Shown here one piece after another: positions 40,379 through 52,126 of a DNA stretch of 64,000 nt; position 1 is the stretch's first letter; each line of letters begins with the position of its first letter. The DNA is taken from NCBI GenBank assembly GCA_046290225.1, contig JBKAGE010000079.1, forward strand, positions 64,001-128,000, in the 5' to 3' direction. Both the position numbers and the translations under genes were made by a program. The notes under the pieces were generated by a model. The model worked only from the letters and a program-made list of their open reading frames with translations, did no database searches and was not told where the DNA came from. This DNA comes from Bradymonadia bacterium. Its GTDB lineage: Bacteria; Myxococcota_A; Bradymonadia; UBA7976; UBA1532.

Positions 40379-41488
40379 ATGTCAGTACCGTTCCTCGATC
40401 TCAAGGCGCAGCTGGGGGACTACCGCGAAGAGGCGCTGGCGGCCTTTGTCGACGCCATGGACGCCCAGGCCTTCATCATGGGCGCTCGGGTGAAGACATT
40501 CGAAGAGTCACTGGCGGCGTACACCGGTGTCGGTCACGCCATTGGGGTGTCCTCGGGGACCGACGCCCTGATGGTGGCCCTCATGGCCCTCGGCGTGGGC
40601 CCGGGGGACGAGGTGATCACCACCCCGTTCACGTTCTTCGCCACCGCCGGTGTCATCGCGCGGCTGGGAGCCCGGCCGGTCTTCGCCGACATCGATCCGG
40701 GCACTTTCAACCTCACCGGCGAGGCCATCAACCCCCTCGTCAACACCAGGACCAAAGCGATCCTGCCCGTGCATCTGTTCGGCCAGATTGCCGATCTCGA
40801 CGCCCTGGCCCCCGAGAGCCCCCCTGTGGTGGAAGACGCCGCTCAGAGCCTCGGCGCCACCCGTCGAGGCAAGATGACCGGTCATCATGGCGCGCTGTCG
40901 TGCATCAGCTTCTTCCCCACCAAGAATCTCGGGGCCTTCGGTGACGGTGGAGCAGTGATCACCACCGACGCCGAGCTCGCTGATCGGTGCACTCTGCTGC
41001 GAGTACACGGCGCCCGGCCCAAGTATCATCACGCCATCGTCGGCGGGAACTTCCGCCTCGACGCCCTGCAGGCGGCGATCTTGAGCGTCAAGCTGCCCCA
41101 CCTCGAGGCGTGGACCGAGGCACGCAGGGCCAACGCTGCCCGCTATGTGGCCATGTTCACGGAGTCAGGCCTCGTGGAGCGCGGGTTGATCACGTTGCCG
41201 GTGGTCCTCGATGACAACCGGCACGTCTACAACCAGTTCGTCGTCCGCGCGAAGGATCGTGACGCCCTCAAGGCCCACCTCGCTGCCCAGGGCATTGGCT
41301 CGATGATCTACTACCCCAAGCCGCTTCACCTGCAGGCGTGCTTCGCCGATCTGGGCCACGGCCCGGGGGATTTTCCTGCCGCCGAAGAGGCATGTGCCTC
41401 GGTGCTGGCCCTGCCGATCTACGGTGAGCTCACCGCTGAGCAACAACATCTCGTGGTCGAGGCCATCGCCGGGTACTACGGTGTGTGA
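40379..41488 (+). CDS. DegT/DnrJ/EryC1/StrS aminotransferase
   Basis: VPFLDL, SGTDAL, EDAAQSLG and SFFPTKNLGAFGDGG motifs. Confidence 0.95.
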   Translation: MSVPFLDLKAQLGDYREEALAAFVDAMDAQAFIMGARVKTFEESLAAYTGVGHAIGVSSGTDALMVALMALGVGPGDEVITTPFTFFATAGVIARLGARPVFADIDPGTFNLTGEAINPLVNTRTKAILPVHLFGQIADLDALAPESPPVVEDAAQSLGATRRGKMTGHHGALSCISFFPTKNLGAFGDGGAVITTDAELADRCTLLRVHGARPKYHHAIVGGNFRLDALQAAILSVKLPHLEAWTEARRANAARYVAMFTESGLVERGLITLPVVLDDNRHVYNQFVVRAKDRDALKAHLAAQGIGSMIYYPKPLHLQACFADLGHGPGDFPAAEEACASVLALPIYGELTAEQQHLVVEAIAGYYGV

Positions 41489-41531
41489 GCGCTGGGCTCA
41501 ACCTCGCTGAAGGCGCACCCGTGCAGGCCTT

Positions 41532-41554
41532 TGCCCCTATGAGGGCATTTTTTT
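41532..41554 (+). terminator. Probable intrinsic terminator
   Basis: TGCCC-CTATGA-GGGCA followed by T7, about 45 nt after the DegT stop; the stem is short. Confidence 0.55.
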
Positions 41555-41841
41555 CTCGATTCTTGATGGCGGCTCTGTCAGTCTCTGACAAGACTACTGG
41601 TGCACCACCGGTGCGCCACGAGAGCGACATGACGCCCAGGTGCTGCCAAAGAGGCCGCCTCAACACCGTCTCGCTCATCCCTTCTCCACCCCGATCAACC
41701 TGAACAGATCAGCGTGGGCGTGCGCACACCAGCGCAAGGGGGTACCAGATGTACACACCATCGCCCCACGCCTGATCCCGAACCCAGGTGGATGCTCATG
41801 CACCCAACATGTTCTGATGTCTCTGCTGTGATGTACCGCGT

Positions 41842-43683
41842 ATGAAGCTCTCACGTTTTGCTCAGCGACGGCGCACTCTGCGCGACACCGACACCTCCCT
41901 CGACACCATCGACGCCCTGGAGCAGGCCATCGGCAACGACACCGATTTGCCCGGGCTGCTCAAGCTGCGGACCACCACCCTGAAGGTCCTCAGCCCCCAG
42001 ACGATCGTGTCGTGTTGGCGGGCCAACCAGGCCCTCGTGGCCCACAAGGCTCACCTGCAGAGCGTCGCCACCCGCCGGCGGACCGAGGGGTTGTCTCAAA
42101 TCCCCTGGGGCTTGCTGCACCTCACGAGTGACGCGCAAGAGGTCTCGATCCTGGAGAAGGCCGACGCCCTGGCCCCTGCGGGCCGTCGGGCTGCGGAGCA
42201 CCGCCGCCGAGATGCGATCAAAGAGGCCTTGATGGTCTACACCGCGTGTCTGGCCATCGCCCGGCGAGACGCGCGACTGCGGGTGGAGCTCACCGCCGAC
42301 GACGAGGAGCTGCTCGAGCAGTTCGGGGCCCTCACCGGCACCACCACCCTCGGGGCCATCGACATCGAGCGCTGGTTGAAGATCCGCGCTGCAGAGGCCG
42401 ACTTCGCCGTGGAGCTGATGGTGGATCTGCCCATCGAGGCCATGGAGGCCCAGGTGGAGGCCCGCCGCGTGGCCCTCGGCCCGCTGGCGAACAACCTCGA
42501 TGCCAGCACGGTGCTCAAGAACTTGATCCTCAAAGACCTCTCCGAGGCGGCCCTGACCGACAAGGATCGCGAGGTCACCGAGCGTCTGCTCGAGCGTGGG
42601 GGGGCGGCCTACCTGCAACTGCTCAGCACGCCGCGTCCGAAGACCGCCATCCTCGCCGGGGTGCACGTGCTCCCCGGCGGCGATCGTCTCGCCGTGGCCA
42701 TCGTGCAGCGCGACGGGCGCCTGCTCGATCAGGGCGTGGTGCCCGTCGGTGACGACGCCATCGCTGCAGTGGAGAAGGTCTTCGGTGAGCACGCCGTAGA
42801 AGGCGTGGCTTGGACGGCCCCCGACGACGAGGGGGAGGCCGAAGCTGCCGTAAGGGCGCAGCTCCGCGGAGGTTTCGCCGCCCTGGAGCGCTTCGAGATC
42901 CTTCACGCTGCCCTCGACGCTGGCGTGGCCGAGATGCAAGAGGAGATCGACGCCGACGCTGCCGCTGCCGTGGTGGTGGCTCGACGGGCCGTGCGGCCGC
43001 TCAAGTACTGGGGTCAGGTCGATCCCCTGGTTTTGGCGCTGCCCGAGTACCCCGAGAGCATCGAAGACGATGTGCTGCGGAGCGTCCTGCAAGACATGCG
43101 CACTGCTGCCGCTGCCGGTGTACGCATCAGCGATCTCGACACCCCACATCAGCTGCCGCCTCAGATGCGGAGCGCGGGCCCCCGGGTACCGCCGAAGCCG
43201 CTGAACCCGCTCGTGAAGAACGTGCACGATCTGCGGCCGGGCATGGAGGTGGAGGGCATCGTCACCAACATCGCCAACTTCGGCGCCTTCGTGAACATCG
43301 GCCTCTCCCACGAGGGCCTCATTCACATCAGCGAGCTCGCCGAGCACTACGTCAAGGATCCGAACGAGGTGGTGAAGGTGAACCAGCAGATCAAGGCCCG
43401 AGTGTTGGGGGTGGATCCCAGCCGTGGCCGCATCTCGCTGTCGCTCAAGCCCGATCGTCTGTCGATGCCCGTGCCGGCTCCCCGCATGGAGGCGCCAAGC
43501 CGGGAAGGAGCGGCCCCTGGCCAGCCCAAGCAGCGGGTGCGCCTCGATGACATCCCCGGCCGGGGTCGGCCCCGTGGCGGCGGCTTCCGCCCTGGCGGTG
43601 ACGCCCCCCACAAGCCCGCCACGGGCGCCAACCGGGATCGCGCCCTCGCTGATCTCGAGGCGCTCTTCAAGAAGAACGACTGA
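41842..43683 (+). CDS. Tex-like protein, divergent, with C-terminal S1 domain
   Basis: DLRPGMEVEGIVTNIANFGAFVNIG...GLIHISEL...RISLSL is a Tex-type S1 domain; a degenerate YqgF-like region precedes it. Confidence 0.75.
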   Translation: MKLSRFAQRRRTLRDTDTSLDTIDALEQAIGNDTDLPGLLKLRTTTLKVLSPQTIVSCWRANQALVAHKAHLQSVATRRRTEGLSQIPWGLLHLTSDAQEVSILEKADALAPAGRRAAEHRRRDAIKEALMVYTACLAIARRDARLRVELTADDEELLEQFGALTGTTTLGAIDIERWLKIRAAEADFAVELMVDLPIEAMEAQVEARRVALGPLANNLDASTVLKNLILKDLSEAALTDKDREVTERLLERGGAAYLQLLSTPRPKTAILAGVHVLPGGDRLAVAIVQRDGRLLDQGVVPVGDDAIAAVEKVFGEHAVEGVAWTAPDDEGEAEAAVRAQLRGGFAALERFEILHAALDAGVAEMQEEIDADAAAAVVVARRAVRPLKYWGQVDPLVLALPEYPESIEDDVLRSVLQDMRTAAAAGVRISDLDTPHQLPPQMRSAGPRVPPKPLNPLVKNVHDLRPGMEVEGIVTNIANFGAFVNIGLSHEGLIHISELAEHYVKDPNEVVKVNQQIKARVLGVDPSRGRISLSLKPDRLSMPVPAPRMEAPSREGAAPGQPKQRVRLDDIPGRGRPRGGGFRPGGDAPHKPATGANRDRALADLEALFKKND

Positions 43684-43700
43684 GGCACCGGTCAGGCACC

Positions 43701-44366
43701 TCACTCACCCCCGTACCACACCGCTTCGATGCCCAGGCTCACCGAGCTCAAGGTGACGTCGCTCCCGCTCTGAGGGGGCGTCCAGTTGAGCCGCAGTGAA
43801 GGGGCCAGCGTCAGGCCCTCTCGATCTGGCCCGCTCACGTCGAACTCGTAGAGGGCGCCGAACATGTACATCGTGCCGCCACCGCTCCCAGTGGGATCAC
43901 CCTCTGCCTCTGCCGTGAGCCCGCCGCCGCCGAGGCCGACGCCGCCGATGAGCAGCAGCTCTGGTGTGCTGGCGGGCAGGGGGCGCAGACCGCCATGGAG
44001 CAACAGGCCGCCGAGGCTCGCGGAGTAGCCTTCACCGTTGCCGAAGGTGCCGCCGATCTCGAAGCCCACGAGGCCCCACTCCACGATCTCTTCACCGAAG
44101 CGCAGGGTGAAGCTACTTCCAGTGAAGCTGCCTTGAGAGACGCCGTCTTCATCTGTGGCCGCCCCGATGGCGAAGCCGGTCATCAGCGAGAAGAAAGCAC
44201 CCCGTGCGGGCCCTTCTTCTGCCGGGGGCTCGACATCGGTGTCTGCCGGTGGGGTCGAGGTGGCCTCGGAGACCGTCTGGCTGTGGGCGGTGCTGGTGGC
44301 GAGCAGGCTCCCGAAACCCCACAGCGTGAGGAAAGAAGCGCGGGCGATGAGGGGGCGTGTATACAT
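43701..44366 (-). CDS. Exported hypothetical protein, probable small outer-membrane beta-barrel
   Basis: Signal peptide, Gly-rich amphipathic strands and a C-terminal aromatic strand. Confidence 0.65.
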   Translation of the reverse strand: MYTRPLIARASFLTLWGFGSLLATSTAHSQTVSEATSTPPADTDVEPPAEEGPARGAFFSLMTGFAIGAATDEDGVSQGSFTGSSFTLRFGEEIVEWGLVGFEIGGTFGNGEGYSASLGGLLLHGGLRPLPASTPELLLIGGVGLGGGGLTAEAEGDPTGSGGGTMYMFGALYEFDVSGPDREGLTLAPSLRLNWTPPQSGSDVTLSSVSLGIEAVWYGGE

Positions 44367-44425
44367 GCCTTCTCCGGCGATGAATTCCTTGGGCGGCAGT
44401 ATGGCCTGCCCGGCAAGGCCGTGCG

Positions 44426-44835
44426 ATGCGTAAAATCACGTTGAGCAGGCGCTCGGCGCTCATCATAACGAGCATCGTGGCCCTGGACGCGTTTCAGGGC
44501 ACGGTGATGGTGGTCTGGCCTGCCCTCTGGCACGAATGGTCCCATCCTCACCTCACCGCCCCGGCCCTGTTCACGTGGCAGTACCTCGGCGCCCTCCTGC
44601 TGGCGCGGTCGTGCTGCTTGACATGGCTCTGGCGGCGACGCAGAAGCATCCCCGCTGCTCTGTGGTGGGTGGAGTGCCCTGCCAACCTGCTCCTCGCCTG
44701 GCGTATGAGCGCCGTCGCAGGTTGGACTTGGGCGTTCTATCTCGGCCGGAGCGTGGCGATGTTGCTGGTGGGCTGGTTCCTTGGCACCCTCGCCGGCATT
44801 CACGTACGAGAGCGAACAACACAGGAGAATCGAAC

Positions 44836-44839
<4 letters not shown>
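44426..44839 (+). CDS. Small membrane protein
   Basis: Several hydrophobic segments; ATGA overlap with the next gene. Confidence 0.5.
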
Positions 44840-46158
<1,319 letters not shown>

Positions 46159-46252
46159 GAGGCTCTCACACAGCAGCTCGGAGCGCCTCGCTCCGGCTTC
46201 ATCCACCTGCCCAGGGGCCACTTGTTTGAGAAGTGGCAGCCTCGATCCTGAC

Positions 46253-47845
46253 CTATCCCAGACGTCGTCGAGTCGTGCTCACCTGGAAGCTCTTACCCAG
46301 GCGTCGAGCCAGAGCAGCGTGAATCTGCTCCATGATCGACTCTTCTTCGGGCTTCAGCTGAGTGCGGCCGTCGTTGTAGCGGTAGGAGATGCGACCCAGG
46401 CGACCCTGAGGGCTGCGCAGGTCGAAGGTGATCTCCAGGCCTTGCTCCGAAGAGGTGGCCCGTGCTTGCCCAGGCACCCCAGGCAGAGTCTGCTCGCTGT
46501 GTGCCGCTGGCCGGGGAGTGGCCGAGCGGCTCCACTCCAGGCGGCGGTTCACCGTGGGATCAATCCCCTCAGGCACCGGCGTCAGCGCCGAGGCCTTGTG
46601 CACCTCGGGGCCCTCGGGACCGTACAGCTCCAGACGCACCTCGTCGTAGTTGTGCAGCTGGTGGATGCGATCGAGCAGCGAGAACAGCTCGTCGACGTCT
46701 TCAGCGGCCTGAATCGACGAGGTCACGGCCTGCACCCGATCACGCACGCCGCGGCGTCGCTGACGCTCTTCTCGACCCTCGTGGTATTGCGTGGCCCAGG
46801 TCTCGTAGCGGATGTAGCCGAGCCGGCGGGCGAAGAGCAGAGCCACCACCGTGAAGCCCCCGAGGATGTAGACGCTCAGGCGGCCGTAGGTGAACACCAC
46901 CCCCATGGCGGAGAGGCAGGCGAGCAGACAGAAGCTCCACAGCGCCAGCACCGCCCTGCGGTGGGTGAGCCCCATCTTCAAGAGGCGGTGGTGCATGTGA
47001 TCCATGTCGGCGGAGAAGGGGCTCTTGCCACGGAGCATGCGCCGGAAGGCTGCGAGGGTGGTGTCGATGAGGGGCAGGCCCAGGGTGAGGACCGGGATCA
47101 ACAACGCCACCGTGGTGCTCGACTTGGTGTTGGTCATCAAGCTGACAGCAGCGACGAGGAACCCGATGAAGAGGCTGCCGGCGTCGCCCATGAAGATGGT
47201 GGCGGGGTGGAAGTTGTGGAACAGGAACCCCGAGAGGGCCCCAGCGAGGGCCGCGGTGACCAGCCCCATGACGATGTGGCCGTTGAACACCGCCATGACG
47301 CACATGGTGGTCACCGAGAACAGGGCCACGCCGGCGGCGAGGCCGTCGAGGCCGTCGATGAGGTTGATGGCGTTGGTCACCCCCACCACCCAGATCACCG
47401 TGAGCACGTAGCCGAAGGCGCCTACGTGGATGGAGCCGCCCCACGGCAGGGCGATGTCGGTGAAGGTGAAGTCGAGGGCGCAGAGCAACAGCGCTGCGGG
47501 GATCTGCACCGCGAGCTTGAGGCGGGCGTCGGCCCCGTGGATGTCGTCGTAGACGCCCAAACCCAGCATCATCAGCCCGCCGATGGCCAGGGCCAGCACG
47601 CGGTTGATGTCTTCGCTGAAGATGCGAGCCACCTGAGTCTCCAGGAGCAGCAGCATCGTCAGGGACAAGAAGAAACCCAAGGCGATGGCCAGGCCACCGA
47701 GCCTCGGGGTCACCCGGGTGTGCACCCGCCGCGCCCGCTCGGGGCGATCGACGGCCCCCCACGCCACGGCCTTTCGCCGGATGAAGGGCACGCTGAAGGC
47801 GGCCACCAGCAGCGAGCACACAAAGGCGAGGGAGATCGAGATCAT
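46253..47845 (-). CDS. Undecaprenyl-phosphate GlcNAc-1-P transferase (WecA/TagO-like) with C-terminal cytoplasmic extension
   Basis: PRLGG, GVYDD, NAINLIDGLDGL, IFMGDAGS and DMDHMHHRL motifs. Confidence 0.9.
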   Translation of the reverse strand: MISISLAFVCSLLVAAFSVPFIRRKAVAWGAVDRPERARRVHTRVTPRLGGLAIALGFFLSLTMLLLLETQVARIFSEDINRVLALAIGGLMMLGLGVYDDIHGADARLKLAVQIPAALLLCALDFTFTDIALPWGGSIHVGAFGYVLTVIWVVGVTNAINLIDGLDGLAAGVALFSVTTMCVMAVFNGHIVMGLVTAALAGALSGFLFHNFHPATIFMGDAGSLFIGFLVAAVSLMTNTKSSTTVALLIPVLTLGLPLIDTTLAAFRRMLRGKSPFSADMDHMHHRLLKMGLTHRRAVLALWSFCLLACLSAMGVVFTYGRLSVYILGGFTVVALLFARRLGYIRYETWATQYHEGREERQRRRGVRDRVQAVTSSIQAAEDVDELFSLLDRIHQLHNYDEVRLELYGPEGPEVHKASALTPVPEGIDPTVNRRLEWSRSATPRPAAHSEQTLPGVPGQARATSSEQGLEITFDLRSPQGRLGRISYRYNDGRTQLKPEEESIMEQIHAALARRLGKSFQVSTTRRRLG

Positions 47846-49071
47846 CGAAGCTGCTCCACCAGCTCGACGAAGCGGGCACAGGCAGAGGACCGATCGAAGC
47901 GGGCCATGAAGTCGGCTCGGGCCTTCTGCCCCATCTGTGTCCGGAGATCGTCGTCCCAGGACAACGTGAGCAGGGCTTCGACCATGGCAGGGCCGTCATC
48001 GGCTCTCACCTGGAACCCGCAGGCTGTATCGCGGACGATGTCGGCGGCTTCACCTTCGCCTGGACCAGCGAGGAGCACCGCGCGGCCGGCGGCCATGGCG
48101 CCATAGAGCTTCGAGGGCACCATGAGGCCCGAGACCTGGTCGTCCATGCACACGAGGTGCACGTCCGCGGCGGTGAGCATCTCCGGCAGCTTCTCGCGGT
48201 CCTGGTAGGGCAGGAACTTGATGCGGGCCCCGCCCTCGATGGCTCGGGCGGCCATGGCCTCGACCTCGTGCTTCCGGTTGCCTTCACCGATGAAGCCGAA
48301 GCAGAGCCGCGAGCCTTCAGGGTGCCCGGCGAGGGTGTTGAGGGCGTGGTCGACGGCGGTGAAGTTGTGGGCCATGCCCATGTTGCCCGCGTACATGATC
48401 AACACGTCGTCGGGGCTGGCACCGAGCAGTCGGCGGAAGGCGTTCTCTGCCCTGGGCGGGCTCTTGGCCGGATCGATGGCGCTGCCGTCGGACCAGTTGT
48501 GGATGATCACAGGGGCAGAAGCACCGCGAGCGCTGAGCACCTCGGCCATACGCTCACCGATGGAGACCACCGCTGCCGATCGGCCCAGAAGGTGTCGAGA
48601 GGCCTGGTCGAGGGCCTTCGCCGCCACGCTGTCCGCTTGAAGCACGCCCAGGGCCACCGCCATGTCGGGGTAGACGTCCTGGCACCAGTAAATCATGGGG
48701 GCCCGCCGCAATCGAGCGGCGTAGAGGCCTGCCAGCGCCACCATCGGGGGGGTGGAGAGGCAGATGAAGACGTCAGGGGCCTTCACGGTGAGCAGCGCCC
48801 CGGCGGCGAGGCCGTAGAACGAGGCATAATCGGTCAGCCGCAGGAGCTTGTTGCCCTTGCCAAACGAGGTGGCGGGCAGCCGTACGATGTCGACCCCGTT
48901 GTGGTGGGCCCGGGCGGATAGCCGGGGTGCATCACCCACGTAGTCGCCCTGGCTGCAGATGACCGTCACCTGGTGCCCTGCCTGCACGAGGGCCTCGCAC
49001 AGATCAGCGGACAGCTGCGCTGTAGCGGCCACAGAAGGCCAGTAGAACTGGTTGAGCAGGACGATGTGCAC
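47842..49071 (-). CDS. Glycosyltransferase family 4 (WcaI-like)
   Basis: NQFYWP, QDVYPD, YAGNMG and VPSKLYGAMAAG motifs; GTG start at 49071. Confidence 0.9.
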   Translation of the reverse strand: MHIVLLNQFYWPSVAATAQLSADLCEALVQAGHQVTVICSQGDYVGDAPRLSARAHHNGVDIVRLPATSFGKGNKLLRLTDYASFYGLAAGALLTVKAPDVFICLSTPPMVALAGLYAARLRRAPMIYWCQDVYPDMAVALGVLQADSVAAKALDQASRHLLGRSAAVVSIGERMAEVLSARGASAPVIIHNWSDGSAIDPAKSPPRAENAFRRLLGASPDDVLIMYAGNMGMAHNFTAVDHALNTLAGHPEGSRLCFGFIGEGNRKHEVEAMAARAIEGGARIKFLPYQDREKLPEMLTAADVHLVCMDDQVSGLMVPSKLYGAMAAGRAVLLAGPGEGEAADIVRDTACGFQVRADDGPAMVEALLTLSWDDDLRTQMGQKARADFMARFDRSSACARFVELVEQLR

Positions 49072-49250
49072 GGTCTGACTCTGCCTCCGCTCCCCCTGGG
49101 TGAATTGGGTTCGGGTGTCGCGCCTTATGGGGCGAAACGGCCAACACACGCTGGCCCTTGAGGCGAACCGGGACGGCGGATGGCACCATGTGCCCGTTCA
49201 TCCGTCAAGTCGACGCCATCTGTACAGAGCCCTCGAGGCGCTCAAGTGTC

Positions 49251-50258
49251 TCATCCGCTTCGAGAAAGTCTCTTTTTCAAAGACACTGGGTGCTGGGGAA
49301 TGCGGGTCAGCTCGAAAGCCCCCGTGAGCACGTCGAGATCAGAGGTGGCCGGCAGGCCGGAGATCTCAGCGAGGGCCTGGACCACCTCGGCGGCCTCGAC
49401 GCCTTCTGACCTGAGGGCGGTGAGACCCACGGCGCGATCGCGTTTGGCGAGGCGGGTGCCATCGGGTCCGAGGACGAGGCCCGGGTGGGCATATCGAGGT
49501 CGGGGCAGCCCGAGTATGTCGAGGATGATGAGCTGTCGGGCGGTGGAGGGGAGGAGATCGTCGCCGCGGAGCACCTGGGTGCAACCCATGAGGTGATCGT
49601 CGAGGGCGCAGGCGAGCTGATAGGCGGCGATGCCATCTACTCTGCGCACCACGAAGTCGCCCATGTGGCTGCGGACGTCGTAGGCCACGTCACCGGCGAT
49701 GAGATCGGGCACCACCACAGGGCCGGGGTTGCCCAGGCGGTCGAGGGCGAGGCCCACGTCGAGACGGATGGCGGGCCGGCGGCCGTTGTGATCAGGCAGG
49801 GCGTCGAAGTCACCGAGAGAGGCGCCCACGGGCGTCTTGTGGCGGCAGGTCCCTGGGTAGACCGGCCCCTCGTCAGAGGCGTGGGGGGCCCGGGCTGCTT
49901 CTCTCACCTCTCTGCGGGAGCACCAGCACGGGTAGAGCAGCCCCAGCTCATCGAGCCGAGTGAGGGCTTCGCGATAGAGGGCGCTCCGCTCCGACTGCCG
50001 ATATGGGCCCACGGGGCCGCCGAGGGTGGGGGACTCATCGTACGTCAGGCCCATCCACTGGAGATCGGCATATTGCCCTTCGAGGCAGCCAGCAGGGATC
50101 GCTCGGGGATCGAGATCTTCGACGCGGAGCACGTTGCGCAGGCCTGAGGCCCGGGCCCAGAGCCACGCCAGCAGGGCGGTGCGGGCGTTGCCCAGGTGAA
50201 GCGGACCTGTGGGCGTAGGGGCGAAGCGGCCGGCGCCCTTGAAGGCAGGGTCGATCAC
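49251..50258 (-). CDS. gluQ: tRNA glutamyl-Q(34) synthetase GluQ
   Basis: GRFAPTPTGPLHLGN, RVEDLD, YPCWCSR, YQLA..LDD, RGDDL and RLAKR motifs; no anticodon-binding domain. Confidence 0.9.
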   Translation of the reverse strand: MIDPAFKGAGRFAPTPTGPLHLGNARTALLAWLWARASGLRNVLRVEDLDPRAIPAGCLEGQYADLQWMGLTYDESPTLGGPVGPYRQSERSALYREALTRLDELGLLYPCWCSRREVREAARAPHASDEGPVYPGTCRHKTPVGASLGDFDALPDHNGRRPAIRLDVGLALDRLGNPGPVVVPDLIAGDVAYDVRSHMGDFVVRRVDGIAAYQLACALDDHLMGCTQVLRGDDLLPSTARQLIILDILGLPRPRYAHPGLVLGPDGTRLAKRDRAVGLTALRSEGVEAAEVVQALAEISGLPATSDLDVLTGAFELTRIPQHPVSLKKRLSRSG

Positions 50259-52006
50259 ACCAGCGCCACCCACACACCCACCGCAGCGGCGACGACACCG
50301 ATGACCACCCCAGCCATGAGCAGCAACATCTTGCGATCAGGCCGACGGCGTTGGCGAATCGTGTTCCGTGGGGGCGGGGGCTCGTCGTGGGCGTCGAGGG
50401 GGCCACCTTCGGTGGTGGCGATGGGCAGGGGCACCGGGTGGCCCTCCACCGCAGGCGAAGGGGCCGGATCAGTGGCCTCGTCGATGGGGGCGCGGTTGAG
50501 GATCGACTGAGGGATCGCGAGATCGTCGGCAGAGGCCACGATGGTGGCTGCCGCCGAGTGCGCTGGCTCGGGCTCGAGATCGCCGGGTTGAGTCGCCACC
50601 GCATCGGCCACGGGAACCGTGGGTGGCAGCTCGTTGGAGACCTGAGTGTCGACGATGCCTGGAGGCACCGGCGGGACGGGCACCTTGGGCAGGCCCGACT
50701 GTGTGTTGCGCACGGGGATGCCGCGCTGAACCGCCCGGGCCTGAGGCCGCTGAGGAGGCTGAAGCGCACCGGGGCTCGATGTCGCTGCAGGGGCTGGTGT
50801 CGGCGCGAACTGAGGCGGCTCGAAGTCCACCGGCAGCTGGTACGTGTCGTCGGCGAGCTCGGGGACCGGAGAGCCAGAGCCCACGACAGAAGGTGTGGCG
50901 GTGCCAGTCACCATGAAGGCCGGCGCGCTCCCCGCATCCGTCACCGCGGACTGGTCGAAATCATCGGTCGATTCGGAGAACGATCCTGGAGGCGGCGCTG
51001 CAAGCAGGTCGTCCGACGTGTTGGGATCGGGTTCGACCGCCGGAGAGACCGCCGTCACCAGAGGGCTCACAGCGGTCGGTCCACCGGCAGGCATGGGCAC
51101 CGCAGGCATACCACCTGTCGTTCTGGGGATGGCGGGCATGCGCTGGCGGAGCACCTGCACCGAGGCCAGCATGGAGCGGGCGTCGGGGAATCGCTGGGCA
51201 GGATCAGGGTGCGCCGCCCGGGCGATGGACTGGGCCAGCAAGGGGGGCACCTGCTCTCCGCCGGCGGTGATCTCCAGGGCTGGACGTTGCTGGTGCAAAT
51301 GCGCCTTGCACACGTCGATGGGGTTGCCCCGCTGGATGAAGTGGTCGCCGGTGACGAGCCAGTAACCGATGAGACCCACGGCGTAGAGGTCGGTCCTGCC
51401 GTCGACCTGTCGACGGAGCCACTGCTCGGGAGCCATGAAGCGTGGGCTGCCGAAGACCTGGCCGTTCACCGTGAGCGCGGTGGCGGCCTCGTCGGAGACC
51501 AGCTTGGTGAGGCCGAAGTCGATGACCTTCACCACGGGCCTGCCGTCTCTGATCTGCACCAGCAGGTTGCCGGGCTTGAGATCACGGTGGACCACCCCGC
51601 GATCGTGGCAGGTGGCCAGGGCGTCGAGGGCCTGACACAGCAGCTCGATGATCTCGTCGACGGTGAACTTGCGGACCTCGAGCAGCTTCTGGAGGCTCAC
51701 GCCGTCCACCCGCTCCATGACCATGGCGGGGGTGCCGTCATCGAGGATGTCGTAATCGAGCAGGGTGACGAGGTTGGGATGCACCAGGGCGGCGATGGCC
51801 TTGGCCTCGCGCTGGAACCGTCGGCCCATGTCGGTCTGTTGAAACGACGAGCCCTTGTGCTGCAACACTTTGATGGCCACATGGCGACCGAGGCGTTGAT
51901 CTTCCGCTTCGTACACCACCCCCATGCCTCCAGAGCCGAGCACGCCCACCACCCGGTAGCGGTCGAGGAGCACCTCGCCTACACGGCTGTCGCTGGAGTT
52001 GTACAT
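50255..52006 (-). CDS. Ser/Thr protein kinase with Pro-rich linker and C-terminal TM
   Basis: GSGGMGVVY, HRDLKPGN, DFG and APE motifs. Confidence 0.95.
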   Translation of the reverse strand: MYNSSDSRVGEVLLDRYRVVGVLGSGGMGVVYEAEDQRLGRHVAIKVLQHKGSSFQQTDMGRRFQREAKAIAALVHPNLVTLLDYDILDDGTPAMVMERVDGVSLQKLLEVRKFTVDEIIELLCQALDALATCHDRGVVHRDLKPGNLLVQIRDGRPVVKVIDFGLTKLVSDEAATALTVNGQVFGSPRFMAPEQWLRRQVDGRTDLYAVGLIGYWLVTGDHFIQRGNPIDVCKAHLHQQRPALEITAGGEQVPPLLAQSIARAAHPDPAQRFPDARSMLASVQVLRQRMPAIPRTTGGMPAVPMPAGGPTAVSPLVTAVSPAVEPDPNTSDDLLAAPPPGSFSESTDDFDQSAVTDAGSAPAFMVTGTATPSVVGSGSPVPELADDTYQLPVDFEPPQFAPTPAPAATSSPGALQPPQRPQARAVQRGIPVRNTQSGLPKVPVPPVPPGIVDTQVSNELPPTVPVADAVATQPGDLEPEPAHSAAATIVASADDLAIPQSILNRAPIDEATDPAPSPAVEGHPVPLPIATTEGGPLDAHDEPPPPRNTIRQRRRPDRKMLLLMAGVVIGVVAAAVGVWVALV

Positions 52007-52126
52007 CGTGGGAGTGCACCGCCTCTGAACAGGTCAGACTGAGCCATTGATCTGCTGAACACTGGCGACGGTACACCACCACAGTCCACGCGTCGAGTGA
52101 ACCGCAGAGAGGATCTCGGCGTGACC

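Noticed and set aside
41430..41678. 82-aa minus-strand ORF with a GGAG upstream
   Set aside because: It overlaps the DegT 3' end and its terminator and has no recognisable features; left uncalled.
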